Shown in pieces: positions 16,875-26,987 of a DNA stretch of 64,000 nt (position 1 is its first letter; each line of letters starts with the position of its first letter). The stretch spans positions 10,476-74,475 of the forward strand of contig JAJDWR010000006.1 in the NCBI GenBank assembly GCA_022825505.1. Direction: 5' to 3'. The DNA is from Gammaproteobacteria bacterium (GTDB taxonomy: Bacteria; Pseudomonadota; Gammaproteobacteria; Steroidobacterales; Rariloculaceae). Made by a program: the position numbers and the translations under genes. Below the pieces are notes generated by a model. It was not told the origin of the DNA, made no database searches, and saw only the letters and a program-made list of their open reading frames with translations.

Positions 16875-16949
16875 CGAATCGCGTGGCGGTGCTTTCACGC
16901 GATTCGCGCGGTGGAGTTTTCGCGCGATTCGCGTGGTGGTGGTTTTGCC
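16875..16949. repeat. 3 x 25-bp imperfect tandem repeat, intergenic
   Basis: cgaatcgcgtggcggtgctttcacg / cgattcgcgcggtggagttttcgcg / cgattcgcgtggtggtggttttgcc. Confidence 0.75.
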
Positions 16950-16953
16950 CGCT

Positions 16954-17760
16954 TCAGGCCGCTCTTGCCGACTTGACGGTATCCCACGCCGCCTTGATCT
17001 GCTGGGTGCGTTCCGTCGCCGCTCGCATCATTTCATCCGGCAGGCCCTTTGCGGCCAGCTTGTCCGGGTGGTGGCGGCTCATGAGGCGGCGGTAGGCTCG
17101 CTTCACCTCATCGTCCGGCGCGTCGTGCGATACCCCCAGCGTTTCGTAGGCATCATCGAGCGTCGGCCCGTCGCTGCTTGAGCGGACGCCGGAACTCATC
17201 ATGCGCTCGAGCTGGATGAAGTCCGCTTCGGACAGACCCAGGCGCATGGCAATGCGGCGCAGAACCCGGCGTTCTTCGGGATGGATGTCGCCGTCCGCCC
17301 ACGCGGCCTGGAACTGGATCTCCAGGAACATGCGGCGAATGTTCGTTCCGCGCAGGCACTCCGAGCGAAGCTGGTCGATGACGTCGTCCAGCGCAAAACT
17401 CCGCGACCTGCCCTTGTTGAACAGAGCCCGGGCAGCCTGACGCTGTTCCCCACGGAGCCCCAACTGGTCCATCACCCGGTTGGCGAGACGAATCTCCTCC
17501 GGCGAAACGCGCCCGTCGGCCTTCGCCACATGCCCCATGACGCCGAACGTGGCCGCGAAAAAGGCCAACTGGGCCCGCTCACGCCGGTAGCCGGGCGGAG
17601 GACCGGTTTCAAAACGCCGATACTCTGTCTGCGGACCGGTCCGATAGTGCCGCCTGGCGCCCCCGAGGGAACTCCCGATGCTCGCGCCGATGAACGCGCC
17701 GATCGGCCCGCCGATCATGTAGCCGAACGCGCCGCCCAACAGCGTGGTCCACCAGCTCAT
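16954..17760 (-). CDS. djlA: Co-chaperone DjlA
   Basis: N-terminal GGxxGxxxGGPIGA, TerB-like MGHVAKADGRVS, C-terminal J domain HHPDKL. Confidence 0.92.
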   Translation of the reverse strand: MSWWTTLLGGAFGYMIGGPIGAFIGASIGSSLGGARRHYRTGPQTEYRRFETGPPPGYRRERAQLAFFAATFGVMGHVAKADGRVSPEEIRLANRVMDQLGLRGEQRQAARALFNKGRSRSFALDDVIDQLRSECLRGTNIRRMFLEIQFQAAWADGDIHPEERRVLRRIAMRLGLSEADFIQLERMMSSGVRSSSDGPTLDDAYETLGVSHDAPDDEVKRAYRRLMSRHHPDKLAAKGLPDEMMRAATERTQQIKAAWDTVKSARAA

Positions 17761-17903
17761 GTGTCCTCCTGTCCCGCCTGGATGGGCAAGGTTAGACCAA
17801 GCGAGGCATGCTGACGAGTCCTTCTCCACCTGAACATCGGCCCCGGTCCACAGTCAGGCAGTCGTCTGCGTGCCGGCGACCGGCCAACCGCTATAATCGG
17901 CTT

Positions 17904-19229
17904 GTGAAAGTTTACGGGCAAATTTCGGTTGTCCTGCTGGGCGTATTGCAGAGCCTCGTGTCCCCTGCTCTCGCACAGAATCCAGGCATCGGCGGCATTG
18001 CGCAGCCATTCGGAACAGATCCGATTCAAGACGGGGCGCATCCATGGTACCGCGTCGAAGTGCTTGCCTTCGCCTACAACGGTTTCGACGCCGACGAAGA
18101 GATCTTCCCCGAGGAACCCTTTGAGATACGGCTGGATACTCGCCCGCCGAAGCACTTGATCGCAACGGCACCGCGTGACTCCGCGTTCCTGGCGCCACCT
18201 GGACTTGCGGACGCAGACCAATTGCCCGTACAGGATGAATCGAGCGATTTCGCGATGGCGGCAGCGACGCCGGATTCGCCTGGTCCCGTGCTCCCTTTGG
18301 AGGTCGCACCGGATGAAGTCCCGGGCGTCGCAGAACAAGCCAGCGCTTCTGAAGACAGCGCACCAGGAAATGTGGCACCGGAACCGGCGAATCCGCAAGA
18401 GGCCGGCCTGATCGGCGACCTGGAGGGCGTTTTGGAATCCGAACCCGTGCCAATTCTCGGGCCGCTGGGCCCGGCGGATGACGGGACGCTGTCTGTCCTC
18501 CTGTACGAGTCGATGACCGCAGGCGCGGACGCATTGCCTGAAGATGATCGGTACCGTATTCGCACAGCCTATGTGCAGAGGCTCATCGCATCGCTTCAGA
18601 CTCTGGAAGATCAGTCGAGGGTGCCCCTTGTTTTCGATCGGATTCCGGAAAGCCTGCCGCTGCCCGGCCCGGATACGACTGATCTGGACCCGCTGGGGGG
18701 CGACGCGGCCGACCCCGGCGCAATCGACGCAGACGAGCCCGCCCCAGCGAGTCCAGCACGGCGACCGACGTTCAGGATCCTGCGCGCCGACGAGCTTGAA
18801 TTGCGCGGGGCGTTGCTGCGACTGCAGAGAGACGCCGATTACACGCCACTGGCCCACGGCGGCTGGGTTCAGCCTGCCTACCCCCCGGAGCAGGCCGTGC
18901 CTGTCGACATTTCACTGCTCGGAACGGTGAATCCCGTGGGCACCGTGCAACTGCATCTCAGCAGATTTCTGCATGTGACCGCTGACCTGCTGTATCGGGT
19001 TCCTCCAGTGCTGCCACCCCTGCAGGCGGCGCAAGCCGGCGACGGTGTGCTGAGTGAACTGAAACTGCCGCTGCGGTATGCGCTGCGCATCCAGCGCCGG
19101 GTTCGCAGCGGCGATATCCACTACCTCGATCACCCTGCCATCGGGTTGCTGGTGGTTGTCAGGCCGCAGCCGGTGGAAACGCAGGATGACGACGATTCGT
19201 TCAGCCCGCCGCGGGGCCCCGCTGCATAG
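17904..19229 (+). CDS. csiV: CsiV-family peptidoglycan-binding protein
   Basis: WYRVEVLAF, YTPLAHGGWVQP, GTVQLHLSRFLHV, QRRVRSGDIHYLDHPAIGLLV. Confidence 0.75.
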   Translation: MKVYGQISVVLLGVLQSLVSPALAQNPGIGGIAQPFGTDPIQDGAHPWYRVEVLAFAYNGFDADEEIFPEEPFEIRLDTRPPKHLIATAPRDSAFLAPPGLADADQLPVQDESSDFAMAAATPDSPGPVLPLEVAPDEVPGVAEQASASEDSAPGNVAPEPANPQEAGLIGDLEGVLESEPVPILGPLGPADDGTLSVLLYESMTAGADALPEDDRYRIRTAYVQRLIASLQTLEDQSRVPLVFDRIPESLPLPGPDTTDLDPLGGDAADPGAIDADEPAPASPARRPTFRILRADELELRGALLRLQRDADYTPLAHGGWVQPAYPPEQAVPVDISLLGTVNPVGTVQLHLSRFLHVTADLLYRVPPVLPPLQAAQAGDGVLSELKLPLRYALRIQRRVRSGDIHYLDHPAIGLLVVVRPQPVETQDDDDSFSPPRGPAA

Positions 19230-19362
19230 TGACCGCAGACCGCGGCACGATTGAGACACTCCTTCGCGAGCGTGCCGGTGCTCGCGCGCCTTTTGCGACG
19301 AGCTTGCATGAAAATACCCTTTTCCCCTCGCGTCAGCGCTCCGCTCGCCGGAGCGAATACCG

Positions 19363-20109
19363 CTAACCGATCGCCGGTATCAGCCGCTCGAGTACCGCCG
19401 CAAACCGCTCCGCCCCTTGCGAGGTATGCCGCTCGAGCTGGGCGAGGATCGACGTATCGCCCGGAACTCGCCCCGCCGCGTGATTGACGGCCAATGCGCA
19501 CACGGCGTAGCGCATGCCCAGTTCACGGGCCAGTGACGCTTCCGGCATGGTCGTCATGCCGACCATGGTACAGCCGTCGCGTTCCAGGCGATCGACCTCT
19601 GCCGCACTCTCCAGCCGCGGACCCTGGGTAACCCCGATCGCGCCCGACCGGATACTGCAGCCTGCCTCGATCGCCGCGGAGGCAATCTGCCCCCTCAATT
19701 CGGCATCGAACGGCTCGGTGAAGTCCACGTGCAAAACCTCATCCTGGCTACCGTCGGCATAGCTGTGCTCCCGCCCCCACGTGTAGTCGATCACCTGATC
19801 CGGAACCGCCAGTTCCCCGGGCGGAAAATCCGCCGAAATGGCGCCGACAGCGTTCAGCGCGATGCACCGCTGCACGCCGTGCTGCTGCAGGAACCAGAGA
19901 TTGGCCCGATAGTTGATCTGATGGGGCGGGATCAGGTGCCGCTCGCCGTGGCGGGCGATGCAGGCGATCCGCCGATCTCCGAATTCGGCCCACAGGACGG
20001 GACTGGACGGCATCCCGTAGGGCGTCTTGCCCGGGCTTCTTGCAGCCACGTTCAATGCCAGCCCGTAGTGGACAGTGCCGACGATGAGTCCCAGGTTACT
20101 GGACGGCAT
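19363..20109 (-). CDS. S-methyl-5'-thioinosine/5'-methylthioadenosine phosphorylase
   Basis: TPYGMPS, ARHG..H.IPPHQINYRAN, GPRLESAAE, VGMT.MPEA.LARELG. Confidence 0.9.
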   Translation of the reverse strand: MPSSNLGLIVGTVHYGLALNVAARSPGKTPYGMPSSPVLWAEFGDRRIACIARHGERHLIPPHQINYRANLWFLQQHGVQRCIALNAVGAISADFPPGELAVPDQVIDYTWGREHSYADGSQDEVLHVDFTEPFDAELRGQIASAAIEAGCSIRSGAIGVTQGPRLESAAEVDRLERDGCTMVGMTTMPEASLARELGMRYAVCALAVNHAAGRVPGDTSILAQLERHTSQGAERFAAVLERLIPAIG

Positions 20110-20112
20110 GCC

Positions 20113-20700
20113 TTATCCACCTCCCTCGGCCAGTGCAGACGCATCGACGGCGTAAATTCCCGTCAGTCCGCGCCAGTAGCCCTTGTAGTCCATTCCACAC
20201 CCGAACACGTACACGTCCTCGACTTCCAGTCCCGAAATGTCGACTTCCATTCGGACTCGGGGCCGATCCAGCCGCTTGATGACGAGCACTGCAACACGTA
20301 TGGACCCGGCACCGTCCTGTCGCAGACGCCGGCAGATTGCATCCAGTGTGTGGCCGTAGTCGACGATATCGTCAACCACCAGAACCGTTCGCCCCGACAG
20401 GTCTCTGTCCGGCCAGGCTCGCCAGCTCAACTCCCCGCCCACGAGTCCTCCGTCGTACCGGGTCGCATGCACGAAATCGAGTTCATGAGGAAAGTCCATC
20501 CGCTGGCAGAGTTCCACGGCGGTGAACGCGCCGCCGTTCATGACCGCCAGCACCAGCGGGTTTTCCTTCGCCAGAACCTCGCCGGCGGCGACCGCCATTC
20601 GGTCCAGGGCGGCGCGAACTTGCTCCGGCGAGACCAGTTGGCGCGCCGTTTCTCGGATATGGATCGCTTCGTCCAGCGTGCTGTCGTGTGTGGCGCTCAT
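20113..20700 (-). CDS. Hypoxanthine-guanine phosphoribosyltransferase
   Basis: VLVVDDIVDYGHTL, YVFGCGMDYKGYWR. Confidence 0.9.
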   Translation of the reverse strand: MSATHDSTLDEAIHIRETARQLVSPEQVRAALDRMAVAAGEVLAKENPLVLAVMNGGAFTAVELCQRMDFPHELDFVHATRYDGGLVGGELSWRAWPDRDLSGRTVLVVDDIVDYGHTLDAICRRLRQDGAGSIRVAVLVIKRLDRPRVRMEVDISGLEVEDVYVFGCGMDYKGYWRGLTGIYAVDASALAEGGG

Positions 20701-20844
20701 GCTAATGTGTCGGGCATCGAATCCGGTTAACGGTTGCAGATTGTTCGGAGGATTGGACAAATGCGTCGGGCAGGGATATACACTTATCGAGGCATGTATG
20801 CTTGTCGCGCGACATTTGAACACACTTGGCAGCAGCGTAACACC

Positions 20845-21249
20845 ATGAAAAGACAATCGGATGTGGTTCTCCTCCTGTCGGCCGCGGCCGGCACGCTACT
20901 TGGAACGGCGGCCGGAGCGCATCACTCGGGCGAAATGTTCGAGCCGGAAAAGACCATCACCCTCACCGGAACGGTGCAGGAGTTTCGCTACATCAATCCG
21001 CATTCGTGGCTGATCGTCGACATCGACAACGACGACGGCACGACCACGACCTGGGGATTCGAAGCCGAAGGCCCCCAGGACCTGATACACGGTGGCGTGC
21101 GCAAGAGCGATCTGCCCCCGGGCGCGAAAATCACGGTGACGGGCCGCCCCATGCGGGACGGCCGACCGGCCGCCATCTGGAGCGTGATCGTAAAGGAAGA
21201 CGGCACACTGCTGAACTGGCGCACGCCGGGACCGGACACCGCTCCTTGA
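20845..21249 (+). CDS. Secreted DUF6152-type protein
   Basis: Signal peptide AGA|HHS, GTV..F.YINPH, WGFE, G.P.RDG. Confidence 0.8.
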   Translation: MKRQSDVVLLLSAAAGTLLGTAAGAHHSGEMFEPEKTITLTGTVQEFRYINPHSWLIVDIDNDDGTTTTWGFEAEGPQDLIHGGVRKSDLPPGAKITVTGRPMRDGRPAAIWSVIVKEDGTLLNWRTPGPDTAP

Positions 21250-21266
21250 CGCCTGCCCGGGGGCCG

Positions 21267-22316
21267 CTAACCGGATTCGGTAGCGAGCGCGTCCAGAAGG
21301 CCGCGAGCGGTACGCCATTGCTCAGACTCGCGCAGGCTTTTCCAGGGGACGCGCGCACCGCCGCGCAGCCGGGCCAGGCGCGACGCGGAAGAGGCATTGC
21401 GGAAGCCTGCCACCGCTTCGATGGCTGCAGGAATCTCGCCCGGCGAATTGCACAGCAGCACCATGTCGCATCCGGCCTCCAGGGATTGCAGGATCCGTTG
21501 GCCGCAGCCGCCGCCGACTTCTGCCCCGGCCATGCTCATGTCATCGGAAAGCACGGCGCCGTTGAATCCGAGCCGGTCGCGTAGCTGTTCGCGCATCCAG
21601 AAGGGCGACAGGCTGGCGGGCAATGGGTCCACGGCGGGGAAGATGACGTGTCCGACCATGATGCCCTCAAGCCCGCCGGCGATGAGGTGCCGGTAGGGAT
21701 CGAGATCGTCGGTTAGCTGGTCCAGGACGCGATCATCGACCGCAAGCGCCGTGTGGGAGTCTGCCTGCGCTCCTGCATGGGTGGGAAAATGCTTTGCCGT
21801 CATGGCCATGCCCGCCGCGTTGGCGCCGGCGGAAAACCCGGCGCTCAGGGCGCTCACCACTGCCGCGTCGGGATGCTGCGCCCGGTCCCCGATGACCTCG
21901 GCCATTCCCAGGTCCAGATCCACCACGGGCGCGAAGCTCAGATCGATACCGTGGGCGCGCAGTTCCGCGGCCATGAGCCAGCCGAAGGCACGTGCGGCGG
22001 CCAGCGCCTCTCCCGGGTTACGGTCGTGGAGGCGCCCAAGCGCCCGCATCGGGGGCAATTCCGTAAATGGACCGCGGAAGCGCTGCACTCGTCCGCCTTC
22101 GTGGTCCACCGCCACCAACAAGGGTGAGTCGCGGGCCGCGTGAATCTCGGCAACCAGTTCGCCGAGTTGGCCGAGATCCCGGAAGTTTCGCGTAAAGAGG
22201 ATCACACCTCCCACTGCAGGGACCTGCAACCACGAGCGTTCTTCAGGGTCCACCCCGGTTCCCTTGAGATCGATCATCAGGGGGCCGAGTGGCGTATTGC
22301 GATTTTCGCTTTCCAT
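21267..22316 (-). CDS. nagZ: Beta-N-acetylhexosaminidase (GH3)
   Basis: GGVILFTRN, VDHEGGRVQRF, KHFPTHA...DSH, SDDMSMAGA. Confidence 0.92.
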   Translation of the reverse strand: MESENRNTPLGPLMIDLKGTGVDPEERSWLQVPAVGGVILFTRNFRDLGQLGELVAEIHAARDSPLLVAVDHEGGRVQRFRGPFTELPPMRALGRLHDRNPGEALAAARAFGWLMAAELRAHGIDLSFAPVVDLDLGMAEVIGDRAQHPDAAVVSALSAGFSAGANAAGMAMTAKHFPTHAGAQADSHTALAVDDRVLDQLTDDLDPYRHLIAGGLEGIMVGHVIFPAVDPLPASLSPFWMREQLRDRLGFNGAVLSDDMSMAGAEVGGGCGQRILQSLEAGCDMVLLCNSPGEIPAAIEAVAGFRNASSASRLARLRGGARVPWKSLRESEQWRTARGLLDALATESG

Positions 22317-22333
22317 GCGATCCGGGAGACCGG

Positions 22334-22819
22334 CTATTCCTCGATATTCACCACCGTGCCCGGTGAAACCATATCGAAAAGCTCAATGACGTCCTCGTCG
22401 CTCATACGGATGCAACCGATGGAAGCGGGCGTGCCCAGGGCGTACCGGTCCGGCGTGCCGTGGATGTAGATGTAGCGGCGCATGGAGTCCACGGCTCCCA
22501 GGCGGTTCTTGCCGATCTCGGTGCCCGAAAGCCAGAGAATACGGCTGAGCACCCAGTCCCGGCCCGGGTGCTTCGACGCCAACTTGGCTGTGTAGATCTC
22601 CCCCGTCCTGCGCCGGCCGCGAAATACGGTACCCGCAGGTGCGCCGGCGCCGATCATGGCGCGCACCACGTGCCGGCCCCGGGGTGTGCGCAAGCTTCCG
22701 GCGCGTTCGCCCGCGCCGTACCTGGATGTCGAGACACGGTAGGACCTGAGCACCGTGCCGTCTTCCATCAGCTCCAGCCGCTGATCGAAAAGAGTTACGC
22801 GAATCCGCAGCTCATCCAT
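22334..22819 (-). CDS. L,D-transpeptidase (YkuD family)
   Basis: TPRG, YIYIHGTPD, SIGCIRM. Confidence 0.9.
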   Translation of the reverse strand: MDELRIRVTLFDQRLELMEDGTVLRSYRVSTSRYGAGERAGSLRTPRGRHVVRAMIGAGAPAGTVFRGRRRTGEIYTAKLASKHPGRDWVLSRILWLSGTEIGKNRLGAVDSMRRYIYIHGTPDRYALGTPASIGCIRMSDEDVIELFDMVSPGTVVNIEE

Positions 22820-22930
22820 GGAATGTAGTCTTTTCCGACACGTAGAAATAATAGCAGGACCCGTCCGCTGGACTTCACGACCGGCGGAACACGACAACAA
22901 ATGACCGGCAGAGTACGAAAATAAACCCGG

Positions 22931-24358
22931 TCAGCGTCTTTCGAACAGCGCCACGGCCTCCGCATGGTGCGTATGTGGAAACATGTCGGCGACGCCGGCG
23001 GCGAGCAGCCGGTAGCCGCGGGATTCGATCAGGCTCCTTGCGTCGCGGGCCATGGTCGCGGGATGGCAAGAGACGTAGGCAATGCGGCGCGGACCCATTG
23101 CGGCCATTTCATTCACCACCGTGTCGGCGCCGGACCGGGGTGGGTCCAGTACCACGATATCCCATTCTTCCCGCAAGAACCTCCAGCCCGATTCGTTCAG
23201 GTCGCAAGCCGAGAAGGAAGCGTTGTCCAGGCCGTTCAGCCGGGCGTTGGCGGCAGCCCGCGCTACCAGCCCGCCTTCGCCCTCCACGCCCAGCACATGC
23301 CCGGCACGCCGTGCCAGCGGGAGGCTGAAGTTGCCAAGGCCACAGTACAGGTCAAGGACGTGGTCTGAGGGCTTGAGTTCAAGCAGCCGCACCACCTGCG
23401 CGACCAGGCCTTCATTGACCCGGGCGTTGATCTGCAGAAAGTCGGTCGGAGCGAACTCCAGTTCGACGTCAAACTCAGTCAACCCATAAGCGAGCCGGCG
23501 CGTTCGTTCGGGGTCCAGAGGCCGGACAGTCCCCGGACCGCCACGCTGCAGGTAGATGTCCAGGTTCCACTGCCGCCCAAACTCGGCGAAGTGAGTCAGA
23601 TCCGTCTCCGACGGTTCGTCCAGAACGCGGAAAACCACCGCCCCGGCGCTCTCCCCCGCCGCCAACTCCACCTGGGGCAGCCGGCGCCACAGACTGGTCT
23701 GCCCGATCATTTCGCCAAGCGGGCCCGGAAGCCGGTCGAACGGCTGCACCAGCACCCTGCAGCTTCCCATGTCGGTGACGTAGCGCGTGGCGCGCTCCTT
23801 GAATCCCACCAGCACGCGTTGCTTGCCCTTGACGTAGCGGACCCCCAGTCGCGCACGCCGCCGGTAATTCCACTCAGGCCCGGTGATGGGGTCCAGCCAG
23901 GATTCCGGTTCCACGCCTCCGATTCGCGCCAGTGCTTCACGCACCATGGACTCCTTGAACGCCACCTGCGCCGCATAGTCCAGGTGCTGCACGGCACAGC
24001 CGCCGCAACGGCCGAAGTACTGGCACGGCGGCTCCACGCGGGATTCGGAGGGCTCCTCGATTTCGATCAGATCGCCAAGCCGGTACTGGCGGCGGCGCTT
24101 CCGGGGACGTACCCGAATCCGCTCTCCCGGCAGAGCGCCGGGGACGAAGATGCGCCGCTCGCCCAGTTGCGCGATACCGAGTCCGTCGTGGCTGAGGTCG
24201 ATGACCTCGGCAACCTCGACGTCGACATCAGCCGGGACCTTGACGGCGGCATCAGCCGGGACCTCGACGGCAGCGTCAGCCGGGACCTTGACGGCGTCGT
24301 CAGCCGTGATGTCGACGGCGTCGTCAGCCGTGACGCCGACGGCCGCGTCAACCGTCAT
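22931..24358 (-). CDS. rlmD: 23S rRNA (uracil1939-C5)-methyltransferase
   Basis: TRAM domain, CQYFGRCGGC, DFLQIN, DLYCGLGNF, LDPPRSGA, YVSCHPATMARD, DMFPHT. Confidence 0.93.
   Translation of the reverse strand: MTVDAAVGVTADDAVDITADDAVKVPADAAVEVPADAAVKVPADVDVEVAEVIDLSHDGLGIAQLGERRIFVPGALPGERIRVRPRKRRRQYRLGDLIEIEEPSESRVEPPCQYFGRCGGCAVQHLDYAAQVAFKESMVREALARIGGVEPESWLDPITGPEWNYRRRARLGVRYVKGKQRVLVGFKERATRYVTDMGSCRVLVQPFDRLPGPLGEMIGQTSLWRRLPQVELAAGESAGAVVFRVLDEPSETDLTHFAEFGRQWNLDIYLQRGGPGTVRPLDPERTRRLAYGLTEFDVELEFAPTDFLQINARVNEGLVAQVVRLLELKPSDHVLDLYCGLGNFSLPLARRAGHVLGVEGEGGLVARAAANARLNGLDNASFSACDLNESGWRFLREEWDIVVLDPPRSGADTVVNEMAAMGPRRIAYVSCHPATMARDARSLIESRGYRLLAAGVADMFPHTHHAEAVALFERR
24213..24356. 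repeat. 6 x 24-bp in-frame tandem repeat forming the RlmD N-terminus
   Basis: Units like accttgacggcggcatcagccggg; encode (T/P)ADxAVxV octapeptides. Confidence 0.92.
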
Positions 24359-25139
24359 GATCGTCCGGCTGCCAGGCCTCGAGGAACTGCTTGAAGTGAG
24401 CGCGGCCGGAGTCCCGCAATTTGTCCTTCAACCGCCGGAGTTCTGCCTCGTAACGAGTCTCGTCCAGCACACGTCGCATCAACTGGAAGCGCAGATAGAC
24501 GAGATAGGTGTTCAGTACGTCCGTCTCGCAATAGTCGCGGATCGCCGCCAAGTCTCCCTCCAGGTACTTTGTCCATACCTTGTCGCCGCTCATGCCGAGC
24601 TTGCCCGGGAACCCCAGCAGTGTCGCCGTGTTTTCCAGCGAGGCGCGCGCTCCCGGATGGAAGCCCGACAACACATCCATGAGGTCAGTGTGGCGCCAGT
24701 GGAATCGGCTCAGGTAGTTGTTGTAGCGGAATTCGCGGTCGTTGTCCCCGGTCTCCCAGTAGCGTTCGGCGTTGACGCCGTGCAGCAGCGCCCGGTAGTG
24801 CAGCACCGGCAGATCGAACCCCTGTCCGTTCCAGGACACCAGATCGGGCGAATAGCGTGCCAGCCCGTCGAAGAAGCGTTGCACGATCTCCTTCTCCGGT
24901 GCGCTCTCGTCGCCGAGAGTGAAGACGTGAAGATCGTCGCGCGACCTCAGCACGACCGAAATCGCGACCACCCGGTGCTGGACAATGGGCAGGAACTCCG
25001 TGCCCCGGGACTGCCGCTGCTTGAAGAACATGATCTTGCCCACGTCTTCGTCGCTCAGGTCCTCCACGCCGTAGAGGCGCCGGCCGAGGTCCGTATCGGG
25101 AATGGTTTCGATGTCGAAGACCAGCGTGTTCAAGGTCAA
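24348..25139 (-). CDS. 3'-5' exonuclease (PolB-like predicted exonuclease family)
   Basis: VFDIETIPD, WNGQGFDLPVL, HTDLMD, YCETDV; probable TTG start overlapping the acpS stop. Confidence 0.88.
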   Translation of the reverse strand: MTLNTLVFDIETIPDTDLGRRLYGVEDLSDEDVGKIMFFKQRQSRGTEFLPIVQHRVVAISVVLRSRDDLHVFTLGDESAPEKEIVQRFFDGLARYSPDLVSWNGQGFDLPVLHYRALLHGVNAERYWETGDNDREFRYNNYLSRFHWRHTDLMDVLSGFHPGARASLENTATLLGFPGKLGMSGDKVWTKYLEGDLAAIRDYCETDVLNTYLVYLRFQLMRRVLDETRYEAELRRLKDKLRDSGRAHFKQFLEAWQPDDHDG

Positions 25140-25522
25140 GCCTCCGACTTCATCAACACGGCCACGGCGATGACCAGCCCGGCCTCGTCCGTCAGCGTCA
25201 GGTGGCCGTCGCCGATGCCCAGTTTTTCGCGCATGGCTTCGCCCCTGGGCGAGTAGATGATCTGCGGCTGCCCCCGGTCGTTGGGCACGCTGCCCACGTC
25301 CCTCACCCACATCCCGTGGGCAAAGCCCGTGCCCATGGCCTTGACGATGGCTTCCTTGGCGGCGAATCGCATGGCCAGAAATCTTGCGGGGTTCGCCGTT
25401 CGCTCAAGATACTTCCGCTCCGCATCCAGGAGCACCCGTGCCGGGAAGCGTTCGCCGAAGCGGTTCCAGACCTTCTCCACCCTGGACTGCTGCACGACAT
25501 CCATGCCGATGCCGAAGATCAC
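25136..25522 (-). CDS. acpS: Holo-ACP synthase
   Basis: [22 protein letters not shown]. Confidence 0.93.
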   Translation of the reverse strand: MIFGIGMDVVQQSRVEKVWNRFGERFPARVLLDAERKYLERTANPARFLAMRFAAKEAIVKAMGTGFAHGMWVRDVGSVPNDRGQPQIIYSPRGEAMREKLGIGDGHLTLTDEAGLVIAVAVLMKSEA

Positions 25523-26256
25523 GGCGCGCGCGCCGCCAGCATGAGGGCCTTCATGTCCGCCACGGCCTTGCCGATACCGTCGAATACGGACCGGGCGACA
25601 ATCGCGTGGCCGATGTTGAGTTCGACAATGGTGTCGATGGCCGCGACAGGCTGGACATTGTGGTAATGCAGGCCATGGCCGGCATGGATCGTCAGACCCA
25701 GCCGATTGCCGAATTCCGCCGCATCCCGGATCCTGTCCAGTTCAATGGCCTGCTGGTTGCGGTCCAATGTATCCGCGTAAGTGCCGGTATGCAGTTCCAC
25801 CACCGGCGCTCCGCAGGCGGCGCTGGCCTCAAGCTGCGCCCGTTCCGGGTCGATGAAGAGCGAGGTCCGGATTCCCGCGTCGTCCAATTGCCGGCATGCC
25901 CGGGTCACGGCATCCAACTGGCCGGCGACATCTAGGCCCCCTTCCGTGGTGAGTTCTTCCCGCTTCTCGGGAACCAGGCAGCAATCCGCCGGCAGCGCCT
26001 GCAAGGCGATATCCAGCATGGCGTCGGTGATCGCCATTTCAAGGTTGACGCGGGTCTGCACGGTACGCTGCATGATTTCAAGATCGCGCTCCTGGATATG
26101 GCGGCGATCTTCCCGCAGGTGAATGGTGATGCTGTCGGCGCCGGACCGCTCGGCGGCCAGCGCCGCGGCCACGGGATCCGGATACGGCGTTCCCCGTGCC
26201 TGGCGAAGGGTCGCCACGTGATCGACGTTGACGCCCAGGGCGATGGGTCGACTCAT
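25519..26256 (-). CDS. pdxJ: Pyridoxine 5'-phosphate synthase
   Basis: [33 protein letters not shown]. Confidence 0.97.
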   Translation of the reverse strand: MSRPIALGVNVDHVATLRQARGTPYPDPVAAALAAERSGADSITIHLREDRRHIQERDLEIMQRTVQTRVNLEMAITDAMLDIALQALPADCCLVPEKREELTTEGGLDVAGQLDAVTRACRQLDDAGIRTSLFIDPERAQLEASAACGAPVVELHTGTYADTLDRNQQAIELDRIRDAAEFGNRLGLTIHAGHGLHYHNVQPVAAIDTIVELNIGHAIVARSVFDGIGKAVADMKALMLAARAP

Positions 26257-26987
26257 TGGTTCAACTCCCTTGCAATGACATCTTCCAGGATCGCCCGGGT
26301 TCGCAGCGGACGTTCACCCAGATAGATGTTCAACGACTGTGTCAGCAACCGCTTGGCCGCCCGCAGGCTTCGCGCGTCTTCCAGCCGCTCCTGCCGCAGC
26401 GAAATCAGCTCGTTACCACGGTACGAATCCGCGCCAGCCCCGGTTTCGCTGCAAGGGCTGAAGCCGTGCTCGGGCTGAAACCGGTATTGGCCATCCGGTT
26501 CCAGGGGATTGCCGGTGTCCACATCGTGTTCCAGGTCGATGCCATACCCCAGGGCCTGCAGCAGGCGCAACTCGAAGAGCCGAACCGCACGAGCGGTGGC
26601 GGATGCGGTCGCCAGATCCGCCAGGCAGCGACTATAGCAGGAATAGGCTGCTTCATTGGCATCGCCCCGGGCCAAGAGGCGCATGACCAGTTCGTTGACA
26701 TAGAAGCCGGCGAACAGGTTGTCGCCGGCAAGTTCCAGCGCCGGACCGGCAGCCTCCACGCCGGTCAGCCGGCCCAGGTCCGTACGTCGGATCCAGGACA
26801 GGCGCAACGGCCAGAACGGCTGCAATACGGCACGCCGGCCGGACGAACGCCGCCGGGACCCCTGCGCGACGAGGCCGATCACTCCATGGCGCTCGGTCAG
26901 GCACTCGATGAGCTGGCTGGTATTGAGGTAGGCGCGCTGGTGCAGTACGAATCCGCGCTCAAGCTGTACTCGCTCCCGTTCGGCCAT
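26253..26987 (-). CDS. recO: DNA repair protein RecO
   Basis: [33 protein letters not shown]; located between era and pdxJ. Confidence 0.92.
   Translation of the reverse strand: MAERERVQLERGFVLHQRAYLNTSQLIECLTERHGVIGLVAQGSRRRSSGRRAVLQPFWPLRLSWIRRTDLGRLTGVEAAGPALELAGDNLFAGFYVNELVMRLLARGDANEAAYSCYSRCLADLATASATARAVRLFELRLLQALGYGIDLEHDVDTGNPLEPDGQYRFQPEHGFSPCSETGAGADSYRGNELISLRQERLEDARSLRAAKRLLTQSLNIYLGERPLRTRAILEDVIARELNQ

Noticed and set aside
22861-22890. GGACTTCA resembling the tRNA-Sec anticodon arm
   Set aside because: No cloverleaf, T-loop or acceptor stem around it
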